NCBI GenBank assembly: GCA_012513855.1
Contig: JAAZBK010000399.1
Location: 1 to 49,451, forward strand
Source: Acidimicrobiales bacterium
GTDB lineage: Bacteria; Actinomycetota; Acidimicrobiia; Acidimicrobiales; Iamiaceae
DNA: 49,451 bases
Direction: 5' to 3'
The position numbers and the translations under genes are program-made. Below are positions 9,223 through 18,502 of this stretch, piece after piece; position 1 is the first letter of the stretch; the number at the start of each line of letters is the position of its first letter. The notes under the pieces are model-generated. The model was given only the letters and a program-made list of their open reading frames with translations. It had not been told where the DNA came from and searched no databases.

Positions 9223-11502
9223 ATGTCCGATGCCCCGCCCCCTCCGTCTCTGGTAGACGGGCTCAACCCGGTCCAGGCGGAGGCCGTCACCCACGCCGAG
9301 GGGCCGCTGCTGGTGGTGGCGGGAGCGGGCTCGGGAAAGACCCGGGTGCTCACCCATCGCATCGCCCACCTCATCGAGCAGGGCGTCTCGCCGTTCGAGA
9401 TCCTGGCCATCACCTTCACCAACAAGGCCGCACAGGAGATGCGCGAGCGGGTTGGCGCCCTCGTGGGCCCGGTGGCCGAGAAGATGTGGGTGTCGACGTT
9501 CCACGCGGCTTGCGTGCGCATCCTCCGGCGAGACGGCCACCGCCTCGGCTACCCGTCGTCGTTCACCATCTACGACCAGGCCGACGCCCAGCGCCTCACC
9601 GGGTACGTGATCCGGGACCTCGGTCTGGACTCGAAGCGGTTCCCCACCCGTTCGGTCCACGCCACCATCTCGGCGGCCAAGAACGACGACATCGGTCCCG
9701 ACGCGTACCGCGACCGTGCGGAGCAGATCTTCGAACGCAAGATCGCCGACATCTACGCCGAGTACCAGGCCCGCCTGCTCAAGGCGGGCGCCATGGACTT
9801 CGACGACCTCCTCCGCAACACCGTGGAGCTCCTGCGCACCGAGCCGGAGGTGCTCGACCACTACCGCCGCCGCTTCCAGCACGTGTTGGTCGACGAGTAC
9901 CAGGACACCAACCGGGTCCAGAACGAGCTGGTGCTGCAACTGGCCGGAGATCACCACAACGTCTGCATCGTCGGCGACAGCGATCAAAGTATCTATAGGT
10001 TTAGAGGCGCCGACATCCGGAACATCTTGGAGTTCGAGGAGGCGTTCCCCGACGCCACGGTGATCGTGTTGGAGCAGAACTACCGCTCCACCCAGACCAT
10101 CCTCGACGCGGCCAACTCGGTCATCGCCAACAACGCCAGCCGCAAGCCCAAGGAGTTGTGGACCGACGAGGGCGAAGGCCACGCCATCATCCGCTACCAC
10201 GCCGACGACGAGAGCGACGAGGGCCAGTGGGTGGCCCACGAGATCGCCAAGCTGCACGACTCCGGCCAGCACTCGTGGGGCGACGTCGCCGTCTTCTACC
10301 GGACCAACGCCCAGAGCCGGGTGGTGGAGGAGCACCTGCTGCGGGCGGGCATCCCCTACAAGGTGGTGGGCGGCACCCGCTTCTACGACCGGCGAGAGGT
10401 GAAGGACGCGCTGTCGTACCTGAAGGCGGTGGTCAACCCGGCCGACGAGGTGGCCGTCAAGCGGGTGCTCAACGTGCCCAAGCGCGGCATCGGCGACAGC
10501 ACGGTCGGGCGGCTCGATGCGTGGGCTGCCATGAACGGCCTGTCGTTCATGCAGGCGGTCCGCCGCCACGACGAGGCCGGCATCTCCGGTCGGGCGGTCA
10601 AGGGGATCGAGGCGTTCCTCAAGCTGATCGACTCGGTCGAGACGATGGTCGAGCAGGGGCCGGCCCCGATGTTGGAGGCCCTGCTGGAGCACAGCGGATA
10701 CGCGGCCGAGCTGCAGGCCGAGCACTCGGTGGAGGCCGAAGGCAGGCTGGAGAACCTGGCCGAGCTGGTGGGATCGGCCCGGGAGGCCGAATCGGTCGAC
10801 CAGTTCCTGGAACAGGTCAGCCTGGTGGCCGACTCCGATCAGATCCCAGACGACGACTCCCAGGTCGTGCTGATGACGCTCCACTCGGCCAAGGGCCTGG
10901 AGTTCCCGGCGGTGTTCCTGATCGGCCTGGAAGACGGCGTGTTCCCGCACCTGCGGTCGCTCACCGAGCCCCACGAGCTGGAGGAGGAGCGCCGCCTGGC
11001 CTACGTCGGCATCACCCGGGCCAGGGAGCGGCTCTACCTGAGCCACGCGTGGAGCCGCACCATCTTCGGGTCGACCCAGTACAACCCGCCCAGCCGGTTC
11101 CTCGACGAGATCCCCCAGCGGCTGGTGCAGGCCATCGAGGGCAACCGGCGCTCGTCGCGCTCGGGGGCCTGGGCCGACGCGGCGTCGATGACGTCCACCC
11201 AGTCGAGCTGGGGCGAGCGCCCCCGCCGGCAGAGCCGCATCTCCTCGGAGCGCCGGGCCGCCAACCGCGAGCGTCGGGTCGATCAGGCCATAGCCGCCGG
11301 ACTGGCCAGCCAGGCCGAAGCCGCCGCCGGTCCACCCGCCGGAGACTTCCGCATCGGCGAGGACGTCGTCCACGGCAAGTGGGGAGAGGGCGTGGTGGTG
11401 GACCTGCGCGGCACGGGAGACAAGACCGAGATCACGGTCAACTTCCCCACGGTGGGGCAGAAGGTCCTGCTCCTCGCCTGGGCTCCGCTCAAGAAGGCCT
11501 GA
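9223..11502 (+). CDS. pcrA: ATP-dependent DNA helicase PcrA/UvrD1
   Basis: AGAGSGKT, ITFTNKAA, VDEYQD, GDSDQSIYRFRGA, LEQNYRS, TLHSAKGLEF, EERRLAYVGITRA and C-terminal Tudor-like domain; TAGGGT 7 nt before ATG. Confidence 0.97.
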   Translation: MSDAPPPPSLVDGLNPVQAEAVTHAEGPLLVVAGAGSGKTRVLTHRIAHLIEQGVSPFEILAITFTNKAAQEMRERVGALVGPVAEKMWVSTFHAACVRILRRDGHRLGYPSSFTIYDQADAQRLTGYVIRDLGLDSKRFPTRSVHATISAAKNDDIGPDAYRDRAEQIFERKIADIYAEYQARLLKAGAMDFDDLLRNTVELLRTEPEVLDHYRRRFQHVLVDEYQDTNRVQNELVLQLAGDHHNVCIVGDSDQSIYRFRGADIRNILEFEEAFPDATVIVLEQNYRSTQTILDAANSVIANNASRKPKELWTDEGEGHAIIRYHADDESDEGQWVAHEIAKLHDSGQHSWGDVAVFYRTNAQSRVVEEHLLRAGIPYKVVGGTRFYDRREVKDALSYLKAVVNPADEVAVKRVLNVPKRGIGDSTVGRLDAWAAMNGLSFMQAVRRHDEAGISGRAVKGIEAFLKLIDSVETMVEQGPAPMLEALLEHSGYAAELQAEHSVEAEGRLENLAELVGSAREAESVDQFLEQVSLVADSDQIPDDDSQVVLMTLHSAKGLEFPAVFLIGLEDGVFPHLRSLTEPHELEEERRLAYVGITRARERLYLSHAWSRTIFGSTQYNPPSRFLDEIPQRLVQAIEGNRRSSRSGAWADAASMTSTQSSWGERPRRQSRISSERRAANRERRVDQAIAAGLASQAEAAAGPPAGDFRIGEDVVHGKWGEGVVVDLRGTGDKTEITVNFPTVGQKVLLLAWAPLKKA

Positions 11503-11523
11503 CCACCGCCAGAGCGCAGTGGG

Positions 11524-12597
11524 TCAGACCCGGATCATCTTCTGTTCCCCCACCCCGAAGAAGCCGTCGACCACGAGCGTGGCGTGCTCGGCCTCGATGG
11601 TGCCCTCGAACCACCCGTAGGGCGCGTAGTACTCGGCCAGGAAGCGCTTGGGGCCGACGTGCATGGCGCTGCGAACTGTGGGCGTGAAGGTGACGTCGAC
11701 CGCGCCGGTGGTGTCGCGCGCCCGCCACGGGCCCCACGGCCCCTTCCGGCGTTCGAACGTCACCGGTGGGAGGCGGTGGACCTCTGAGCCGAGCCAGATC
11801 GCGTTCTCGTTGAAGACGTGTGGGTCACGGATCTGGTTGCGGGTGAGGTTGAAGCCCTCGACCCGGCCACTCTCGGGAGCTCGTCGGATCCCGGTGATCC
11901 AGTCGTACCTCATGGGCGAGGGGTAGTCGCCGTGGTGGTCGTCGAGGATCATGAACGACCGCTCGGCGTCCAGCTCCACGATCTCCGCGCCGATGGTCAT
12001 GCGCCCCTGGAACGGCATCATCGCCTTGTGCGAGTACAGCGCCCGGTCATCTTCGTTCGTGTCGAACGGGTGGCAGATCACCAGGTGGCCGGCATCGCCG
12101 GGCATGCACCGGCCGACGCCGTGCAGGTGGAGGCTCGGCTTCGTAGCGGAACCGGGATGGTCGACGTCGACGGTGAGCGCTCCCGCGGAGATCTCGTTGA
12201 CGATGGAGATCGACAGATCCCGGAACCGTCCAGCCGACCGGGTTCCGTCCAGGCCACGGGCCACGTGGATGAGCGGGCTGGGCAGCTTGGTCTCCCACCG
12301 CGAGATGGTGGCGGCCTCCTTGTTCACCGCCAGCAGTTGGAGGAGGCCGAGCGACTTGGTGTCGTACACCGCTCCCAGCACGAACCACTCATCGTTGCCG
12401 AGCTGGAAGGCCTCCCACTCCTTCAACCGCAGGTTTCGCAGCGCGCGGCGCACCGGGTTGCGACCGGCGACTTCGAGGGGGTTGACCACCGGGAGGGGGC
12501 CGTCGAAGGTCCCGTAGGCGTACCGCTGGCCGTCCACCAGGGCTGCCGGTGCCGGGGTGCGACCGGGTGGGTACACCGGTGTGGAGGGACGGGTCAC
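11524..12597 (-). CDS. DUF2804 family protein
   Basis: RLKEWEAFQ, YSHKA, LDDHHGDYP, GFNL, NENAIW, PYGWFEG and GVGE motifs; GTG 12597 lies 7 nt after TACCGT. Confidence 0.75.
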   Translation of the reverse strand: MTRPSTPVYPPGRTPAPAALVDGQRYAYGTFDGPLPVVNPLEVAGRNPVRRALRNLRLKEWEAFQLGNDEWFVLGAVYDTKSLGLLQLLAVNKEAATISRWETKLPSPLIHVARGLDGTRSAGRFRDLSISIVNEISAGALTVDVDHPGSATKPSLHLHGVGRCMPGDAGHLVICHPFDTNEDDRALYSHKAMMPFQGRMTIGAEIVELDAERSFMILDDHHGDYPSPMRYDWITGIRRAPESGRVEGFNLTRNQIRDPHVFNENAIWLGSEVHRLPPVTFERRKGPWGPWRARDTTGAVDVTFTPTVRSAMHVGPKRFLAEYYAPYGWFEGTIEAEHATLVVDGFFGVGEQKMIRV

Positions 12598-12655
12598 AGG
12601 GCTCACGGTAACGTTCGGCTTCGACGCCCCGGGAACAGCGAGGCGGGAGGAGAGC

Positions 12656-14029
12656 ATGGCTGGGCGTACTCCGGGCGAGGGCTCAGCAACGGCCATGGAC
12701 GAAGCAGCGAGACCGCAGGTGATCAGCGACGTGGCCTTCCGCGTCATCGTCGACACCTTGACCCTCCCGGTCCTGGTGGCCGACGGCACGGGAACGGTGG
12801 TCTACGCGGGAGGTTCGGTCGAGGCGTCCTTCGGGTACGAGCCCCACGAGATCCTCGGTCGCAACGTGATCGAGTTCACGCCGCCCGAGGAGGTCGAGCG
12901 TGCGCTCCAGTCGATCGAGGAGCTGACGCGCGCCGACGACCTCGGGATAGCGGTGCCCACCGCCTTCCCGATCATCCGCAAGGACGGCACCCTGACCTGG
13001 ATGGCCATCGGGGCCGTCCCCCTGTTCGACACCGACGTCGAGGGGATGACCTTCTACTTCCTGCCCTGGGACGCTCAGCTCCACTTCGACGAGTTCTTCG
13101 CGGCGCTGCTGGCCGGCGATCCGCTCGACGTGGTGTTCGCCCGGTTGGCCCTCTCCATCGCCATCTCGATGGAGTCGCTCGGGGTGAGCATCCACCACGG
13201 GTTCGACGGTGTGCACTTCGAATCGGTGGACGGGGCCGGGCATCCGCTCGGCATCGAACGGATCGCCGACGCGCCGTGGCACGAGGCCGCGCGCAGCGGT
13301 GAACCGCAGTACGTGCGAACCGTCGACGTCGAGGCGTTCGCCGGGCACACGGCCGTCGAGGAGGCGGCCGGCTGCTGGGCCATCCCGCTGGTGCCTCATC
13401 GATCCATCGAGCCGGCGGTCATGACGGTGTGGCGGGCGGTCGACACCCCGCCCGTCAGGGCCCACGACTTCGTGATCCTGCGGTCTCTCAGGTACGTGCA
13501 GCTGGCCCTGGTGCGGTCGGCCGAGCACCGCCAACTGTCGGACCTGGCCGATCACGACCACCTCACCGGGTTGGCGAACCGGGGGCTCTTCCAGCGCACG
13601 GTCCAGGCAGAGTTGGCCGCTGGATCCACCGACGTCGCCCTCATGTACTGCGACCTCGACGGCTTCAAGGCGGTGAACGATCACTTCGGCCACGGAGCTG
13701 GCGACGAGGTGCTGGTCGAGGTGGCCCGTCGCCTGCGCAGGGCAGCTGAGGGCTTCGGTGAGGTGGCCCGGATAGGCGGCGACGAGTTCACGCTGTTCGT
13801 GCGAACCGACGCCGACAGCGCCAGAGCGGCTGCACGACGCCTGGTGGAGGCGCTCGATGCGCCCATCGAGGTGCTCGGACGGGTCGTGCCCCTCGGCCTG
13901 TCGGTGGGCCTGGCCATCGGGCCGGCCCGATCGGTCGACGAGTTGATGCGGCGGGCCGACGCGGCCCTCTACACCGCCAAGCGCGCCGGTGGCAGCCGGG
14001 TGGCCGAGGCTCCGCTCGTCTCCAACTGA
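12656..14029 (+). CDS. PAS-containing diguanylate cyclase (GGDEF)
   Basis: GGAGGAG RBS; N-terminal PAS; DHLTGLANR, DLDGFKAVND, RIGGDEF, ADAALYTAK. Confidence 0.92.
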   Translation: MAGRTPGEGSATAMDEAARPQVISDVAFRVIVDTLTLPVLVADGTGTVVYAGGSVEASFGYEPHEILGRNVIEFTPPEEVERALQSIEELTRADDLGIAVPTAFPIIRKDGTLTWMAIGAVPLFDTDVEGMTFYFLPWDAQLHFDEFFAALLAGDPLDVVFARLALSIAISMESLGVSIHHGFDGVHFESVDGAGHPLGIERIADAPWHEAARSGEPQYVRTVDVEAFAGHTAVEEAAGCWAIPLVPHRSIEPAVMTVWRAVDTPPVRAHDFVILRSLRYVQLALVRSAEHRQLSDLADHDHLTGLANRGLFQRTVQAELAAGSTDVALMYCDLDGFKAVNDHFGHGAGDEVLVEVARRLRRAAEGFGEVARIGGDEFTLFVRTDADSARAAARRLVEALDAPIEVLGRVVPLGLSVGLAIGPARSVDELMRRADAALYTAKRAGGSRVAEAPLVSN

Positions 14030-14121
14030 ACCCGAGGCCCGACGCGCGCCGCTCGTTCGTGGCACGGGGTCGGTGAAATCGCCGGAGGGCCACGGCCGGT
14101 CCGTCGGTAGGGTCGCTGGTC

Positions 14122-15117
14122 GTGTCCGACGTGATCGCCTCGTCCGGTGCGGGTGCGCCCGCCGGCTCGGTCTCTCACGACGACGCCGGCGAGCTGAGGC
14201 TGGGAACGCTCGCAGGGATCGCGGCGTACTCGCTGTGGGGCGTGTTCCCGCTGGTGTTCCACCAGGTGCGCGAGGTGGCGGCCACGGAGGTGCTGGCCCA
14301 CCGGATCATCTGGTCGTTCGTGGTAGTGGTCGGTGTGCTCTTCTGGCGCCGGGATCACACCTGGACCTCGGTCCTGCGGAGCCACTCGGTCGAGCGGAGC
14401 CGGCTGGTGGCAGCCGCCGTGCTGGTGAGCATCAACTGGCTGGTGTACGTCTGGGCGGTGAGCCAGGCGAGGGTGGTCGAGGCCGCGCTCGGCTACTACA
14501 TCAATCCGCTCATCACCGTGGCTCTGGGCGTCGTGGTGCTCGGGGAGCACCTGCGGCGCCTCCAGGTGGCGGCTCTGGTGCTGGCCGTGATCGCAGTCGG
14601 CGTGCTCACCGTCGCCTACGGGCGGGTTCCGTGGGTGTCGCTCGTCCTGGCGTGCTCGTTCGCCGGCTACGGCTACCTGAAGAAGGCGGTCACGGTGTCG
14701 GCCGCCACCTCGCTGGCGGTCGAGACGGCCGTGCTGGCGCCGCTCGCCCTCGCGGCGGCCGCCGTGTTCCAGGTGCAGGGCACCGCGTCGTTCGGCCACG
14801 CCGGGACGGGACAGACCCTGATCCTCGCGGCTCTCGGCGTCGTCACCGCGGTGCCGCTCCTCCTCTTCGCCACCGCCGCCCGTCGCATCCCGCTGTCGCT
14901 CCTCGGCCTGCTCCAGTACCTCACGCCCACCATGCAGCTGATGTGCGGCGTGGTCCTGCTGGGCGAGGAGTTCCCGCCGGAGCGGGTGGCCGGTTTCACC
15001 CTGGTCTGGATGGCCCTGGGCCTGCTCACCGTCGATGCCGTCCGGAGGTCGGGCCGGTCTCGCCGGGAGATCGACGCTCCTCAGTCGCGCGACCCCGGCG
15101 AGGGATCGCAGCACTAG
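14122..15117 (+). CDS. rarD: EamA/DMT transporter RarD
   Basis: AYSLWG, AHRIIWS, NWLVYVWAV, ALGYYINPL, GLLQYLTP. Confidence 0.92.
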   Translation: MSDVIASSGAGAPAGSVSHDDAGELRLGTLAGIAAYSLWGVFPLVFHQVREVAATEVLAHRIIWSFVVVVGVLFWRRDHTWTSVLRSHSVERSRLVAAAVLVSINWLVYVWAVSQARVVEAALGYYINPLITVALGVVVLGEHLRRLQVAALVLAVIAVGVLTVAYGRVPWVSLVLACSFAGYGYLKKAVTVSAATSLAVETAVLAPLALAAAAVFQVQGTASFGHAGTGQTLILAALGVVTAVPLLLFATAARRIPLSLLGLLQYLTPTMQLMCGVVLLGEEFPPERVAGFTLVWMALGLLTVDAVRRSGRSRREIDAPQSRDPGEGSQH

Positions 15118-15150
15118 CGGACCTTCGGACCGGGTTCCTAGGGTGAACGG

Positions 15151-16662
15151 ATGAACTTCGGGGAACGCTTCGATCTTGCCCGCGGCAAGGACCTCACGCT
15201 CGGGGTCCTCATGGACCGGCTGGCGGCCATCCACGGGAACGGCAGGATGGTCGAGGAGGCCGAGTCCGGTCGGGTGCGGACGTTCGCCGAGGTGGCGGCG
15301 CAGGTCGACCGCTGGGCGGGAGCGATCCATGCCCGGACCGAACCAGGTGATCGGGTGGTTCTCACCACCGGCAACGTCTACGACCAGTTCCTGCTGGTGC
15401 TCGCCGCGTCCCGCGCCGGGCGTCTGCCCGCCCCGGTGAACAGCCAGATGGCCCAGGCCGAGATCGACCACGTGGTCCAGGACTCAGGAGCGTCGCTCGT
15501 GGTCTCAGACACGTCCGACCTGGAGGGCGGCCCGCCTCTGGGCCGAGCCGAACCGGCAGATCCCAGAGACGTCGGCGCGCTCTTCTACACCTCTGGCACC
15601 ACCGGCAAGCCCAAGGGCGCACAGCTCACCCATCGCGGTCTGTTCGGTGGGATGCCGCTCACGTCGGTCGCCCCTCGCCGGATGACACGCGACGAGATCG
15701 TCATGGGGCTTCCCGTCGCCCACATCTTCGGCTTCACCATCGCCATCGGCGCCGCGTGCGGCGGCCTGCCCATCTACTTCATGAAGAAGTTCAACCCGGT
15801 GAAGGTGCTCGATGCCATCGAGACCCGTCGGGCCACGGTCTTCGCCGGCGTTCCGGCCATGTACCGGATGCTCATGGAGGCGGGTGCCGACGAGCGAGAC
15901 CTCAAGTCGGTTCGACTCTGGATCTCGGGAGCCGACGCCATGCCCCAGGACCTGGCCATGGAGTTCAAGAAGCTGGGGGCGTCGCTCCGGGTCCCGTTCT
16001 TCGGGTCGGTCGGCGAGGCGATGTTCGCCGAGGGCTACGGCATGGTCGAGACGGGCGGCGGCGTGGCCCTGCGCATCTCGCCACCGCTCGTTCCTGGCGC
16101 ACTGGGTGGATCGATGGGCCTTCCGCTGCCGGGCAACAAGTTCAAGGTGGTCGACGAGGACGGCAACGAGGTCCCGGTGGGTGGGGTGGGGGAGCTGCTG
16201 CTCCAGGGCCACTCGATCCTCAAGGGGTACCACGGCGCTCCCGACGCCACCGCGGCGGCCCTCACCGACGACGGTTGGCTCCGCACCGGCGACATGGCCC
16301 GACGCGGCCCCTTCGGCGCGGTGAACTTCGAGGGTCGGATGAAGGACGTCATCAAGCGAGGCGGGTACTCGGTGTACGCGGTCGAGGTGGAACAGGACCT
16401 CGAGGAGCACGACGACGTCGTGGAGGCGGCCGTGGTGGCCTACCCCGACGCTCGCGACGGTGAGGTCCCGGTGGCCGCGGTGCGCCTCCAGCAGGGCGCC
16501 ACCTTCGACGCCGAGGCGCTGCGAGCGTTCGCCGAGGGTCGCATGTCGCGCTACAAGGTGCCGGCCCACTTCGTGGAGGTAGACGACTTCCCCCGCAGCG
16601 GCACCGACAAGATCCAGCGCAAGAAGGTCGCCGAGATCGTCCAGGGCCTCATCGACGCCTGA
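15151..16662 (+). CDS. AMP-binding acyl-CoA synthetase
   Basis: YTSGTTGKPKG, EGYGMVE, WLRTGD, GRMKDVIKRGG. Confidence 0.93.
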   Translation: MNFGERFDLARGKDLTLGVLMDRLAAIHGNGRMVEEAESGRVRTFAEVAAQVDRWAGAIHARTEPGDRVVLTTGNVYDQFLLVLAASRAGRLPAPVNSQMAQAEIDHVVQDSGASLVVSDTSDLEGGPPLGRAEPADPRDVGALFYTSGTTGKPKGAQLTHRGLFGGMPLTSVAPRRMTRDEIVMGLPVAHIFGFTIAIGAACGGLPIYFMKKFNPVKVLDAIETRRATVFAGVPAMYRMLMEAGADERDLKSVRLWISGADAMPQDLAMEFKKLGASLRVPFFGSVGEAMFAEGYGMVETGGGVALRISPPLVPGALGGSMGLPLPGNKFKVVDEDGNEVPVGGVGELLLQGHSILKGYHGAPDATAAALTDDGWLRTGDMARRGPFGAVNFEGRMKDVIKRGGYSVYAVEVEQDLEEHDDVVEAAVVAYPDARDGEVPVAAVRLQQGATFDAEALRAFAEGRMSRYKVPAHFVEVDDFPRSGTDKIQRKKVAEIVQGLIDA

Positions 16663-16695
16663 AGTACTTCTCGTTGCAGGACCTGGTGGCCGGGG

Positions 16696-17667
16696 TCAAG
16701 GGACCAGGGCGACCTTGCCGCTGAGGCGGCGCTCGAGCAGGTCGCGCAGCACGGCCCCGGCCTCGTCGAGCGGGCGCTCGGTGGGCTGGGGCGGGCTCAG
16801 GCTGCCGTCGGCCACCCTGGCCAGCACCTCGTCGATCAGCGTGCTCTGGTCGGCCGGGTTGCGCATCGCCCACGCTCCCCAGTCGATCCCCACCAGCGAC
16901 CGGTTGTTCAAGAGCACCAAGTTCGTGCGAAGCGACGGGATGTCGCCGGCGGCGAAGCCGATCACCAGGAGCCGGCCGCCGACGCCGAGCGCTCGAAGCG
17001 CCGCCTCGGTGTGCGCCCCGCCGACGGGATCGACAACCACGTCGACCCCGCCTCCTGACAGCTCTCGGGCGCGGGCCTTGAGGTCTTCCTCCTCGTAGGC
17101 GATGGTGGCCGCTGCTCCCACCGCGGCAGCGAGGTCGAGCTTCTCCCGGGTCGAGGCCGCCGCGATGACCTCCGCTCCGAGGGCACGGGCCACGTCGATG
17201 GCGGCGAGCCCCACCCCTCCACCGGCTCCGAGCACGAGGACCTTCTCGCCGGGGGCGACGGTGGTGCGCCGGGTCAGCGCGAACCACGCGGTGCAGTAGC
17301 TCTGGACGAGGACCGCGGCGGCGCCGTCGGACAGGTTGTCGGGGATCGGCACGACCGCCGCCTCGCTCAGGACGACGTGCGACGCGAAGGCGCCCAGCCC
17401 CAGCGACGACAGCACTCGGTCGCCCACGGCCACCCCGGTGACGCCGTCGCCCACCGCGGTGACGGTGCCGGCGAGTTCGCTGCCCGGTGTGAACGGCGGC
17501 GGGACCTTGATCTGGTAGGTCCCGGCGACGAACAGCGCGTCGACGAAGTTCACGCCGGCGGCGGCGACCGCCACCACCACCTGGCCCGGTCCGGGTTCGG
17601 GGTCCGGCACCTCCTCGACCACCAGGGTCTCGGGCTCGCCCCACTCGTTGCACACCACTCGTCGCAT
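16696..17667 (-). CDS. NADPH:quinone oxidoreductase (zeta-crystallin/MDR family)
   Basis: AAGVNFVD, PFTPGSELAG, GAGGGVG, DPVGG, IGFAAG, GKVAL. Confidence 0.92.
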   Translation of the reverse strand: MRRVVCNEWGEPETLVVEEVPDPEPGPGQVVVAVAAAGVNFVDALFVAGTYQIKVPPPFTPGSELAGTVTAVGDGVTGVAVGDRVLSSLGLGAFASHVVLSEAAVVPIPDNLSDGAAAVLVQSYCTAWFALTRRTTVAPGEKVLVLGAGGGVGLAAIDVARALGAEVIAAASTREKLDLAAAVGAAATIAYEEEDLKARARELSGGGVDVVVDPVGGAHTEAALRALGVGGRLLVIGFAAGDIPSLRTNLVLLNNRSLVGIDWGAWAMRNPADQSTLIDEVLARVADGSLSPPQPTERPLDEAGAVLRDLLERRLSGKVALVP

Positions 17668-17717
17668 GCCGGGACCCTACGTCGGGCTGGTCAGGGCGGG
17701 GGTCGGCGTCCCCCTGT

Positions 17718-17865
17718 GCGGGGGTTGGGGGCATGTCGTGTCGTGGGACGACGTTGATTGCCCCCAACCTCGGGGTTCGCGGGGGTTGGGGGCATGTCGT
17801 GTCGCAGGACGACGTTGCTTGCCCCCAACCTCGGGGGTCTCGACTCCCGTTGGCGGGGGTTGGGG
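17718..17865. repeat. Two tandem ~58-bp palindromic units (61-bp period) plus a partial third; REP-like
   Basis: 17718-17775 and 17779-17836 are near-identical; each has arms ggttgggggca/tgcccccaacc; the left arm recurs at 17853-17865. Confidence 0.85.
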
Positions 17866-17882
17866 AGCTGGCGTGGCGTGGG

Positions 17883-18395
17883 TCAGCCGGCAGCGGTCGA
17901 CGTGGTGGTCGTCGCTTCGTCGCGTGCGTCGGCGTTGAGGTCGACGTCGACCTTGCCGTCGATCACGGTGACCTCGAACTGGGTGAGGCCCTCGCCGTCG
18001 GCTGGAGCGGTGCGGTCGGGATCGCACTTGGCCCGGAAGATCTGCTCGTCGGGCTGCCAGTCCCAGGTGCAGTCGCGTGGCTCGTCGATGGGAGCCGCGA
18101 GGAACGCCGACCAGCCCGTCTCGGGGTCGTCGCCCTGGTGCTGGAGGATCATGTCGCGGTCCTTGCGACCCGAGACGTCGGCGAAGAGGTACGGGCCCGA
18201 CTCCGCGATGCGCTCCGCGAGCGTGGCCGCCCGACCGGCGGTGAAGGTCTGATCGCCCAACTGGAGGTCGGGGCTGTTGCGTCCGCTCAGCGCCACCGAG
18301 ACGAGCCCGAGCGTGCCGAACAGGACGACCACGCCGACCAAAGCCACGAGCGCGGCCCGACCCGCGTGGTGACCGGAACGCTCGACCGGGCTCAA
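17883..18395 (-). CDS. Membrane-anchored hypothetical protein, Rieske-like fold lacking cluster ligands
   Basis: N-terminal TM helix; WSAF...DCTWDWQPDEQIFRAKCD...DGEGLTQFEVTVIDGKVDVDL; TTG start. Confidence 0.7.
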   Translation of the reverse strand: MSPVERSGHHAGRAALVALVGVVVLFGTLGLVSVALSGRNSPDLQLGDQTFTAGRAATLAERIAESGPYLFADVSGRKDRDMILQHQGDDPETGWSAFLAAPIDEPRDCTWDWQPDEQIFRAKCDPDRTAPADGEGLTQFEVTVIDGKVDVDLNADARDEATTTTSTAAG

Positions 18396-18502
18396 GGCTG
18401 CGGATGGGGATGGGTCACAGGCACCTGCCTAGTATCCCTGCCGTGCCATGGCGCAGACGAGTCGCGCCGGCACCCCGGTAGCGAATCCGAAACGGAGTCC
18501 GA

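Noticed and set aside
17718-17865. CRISPR array
   Set aside because: Only two full units, about 3 nt between them, and no cas genes.
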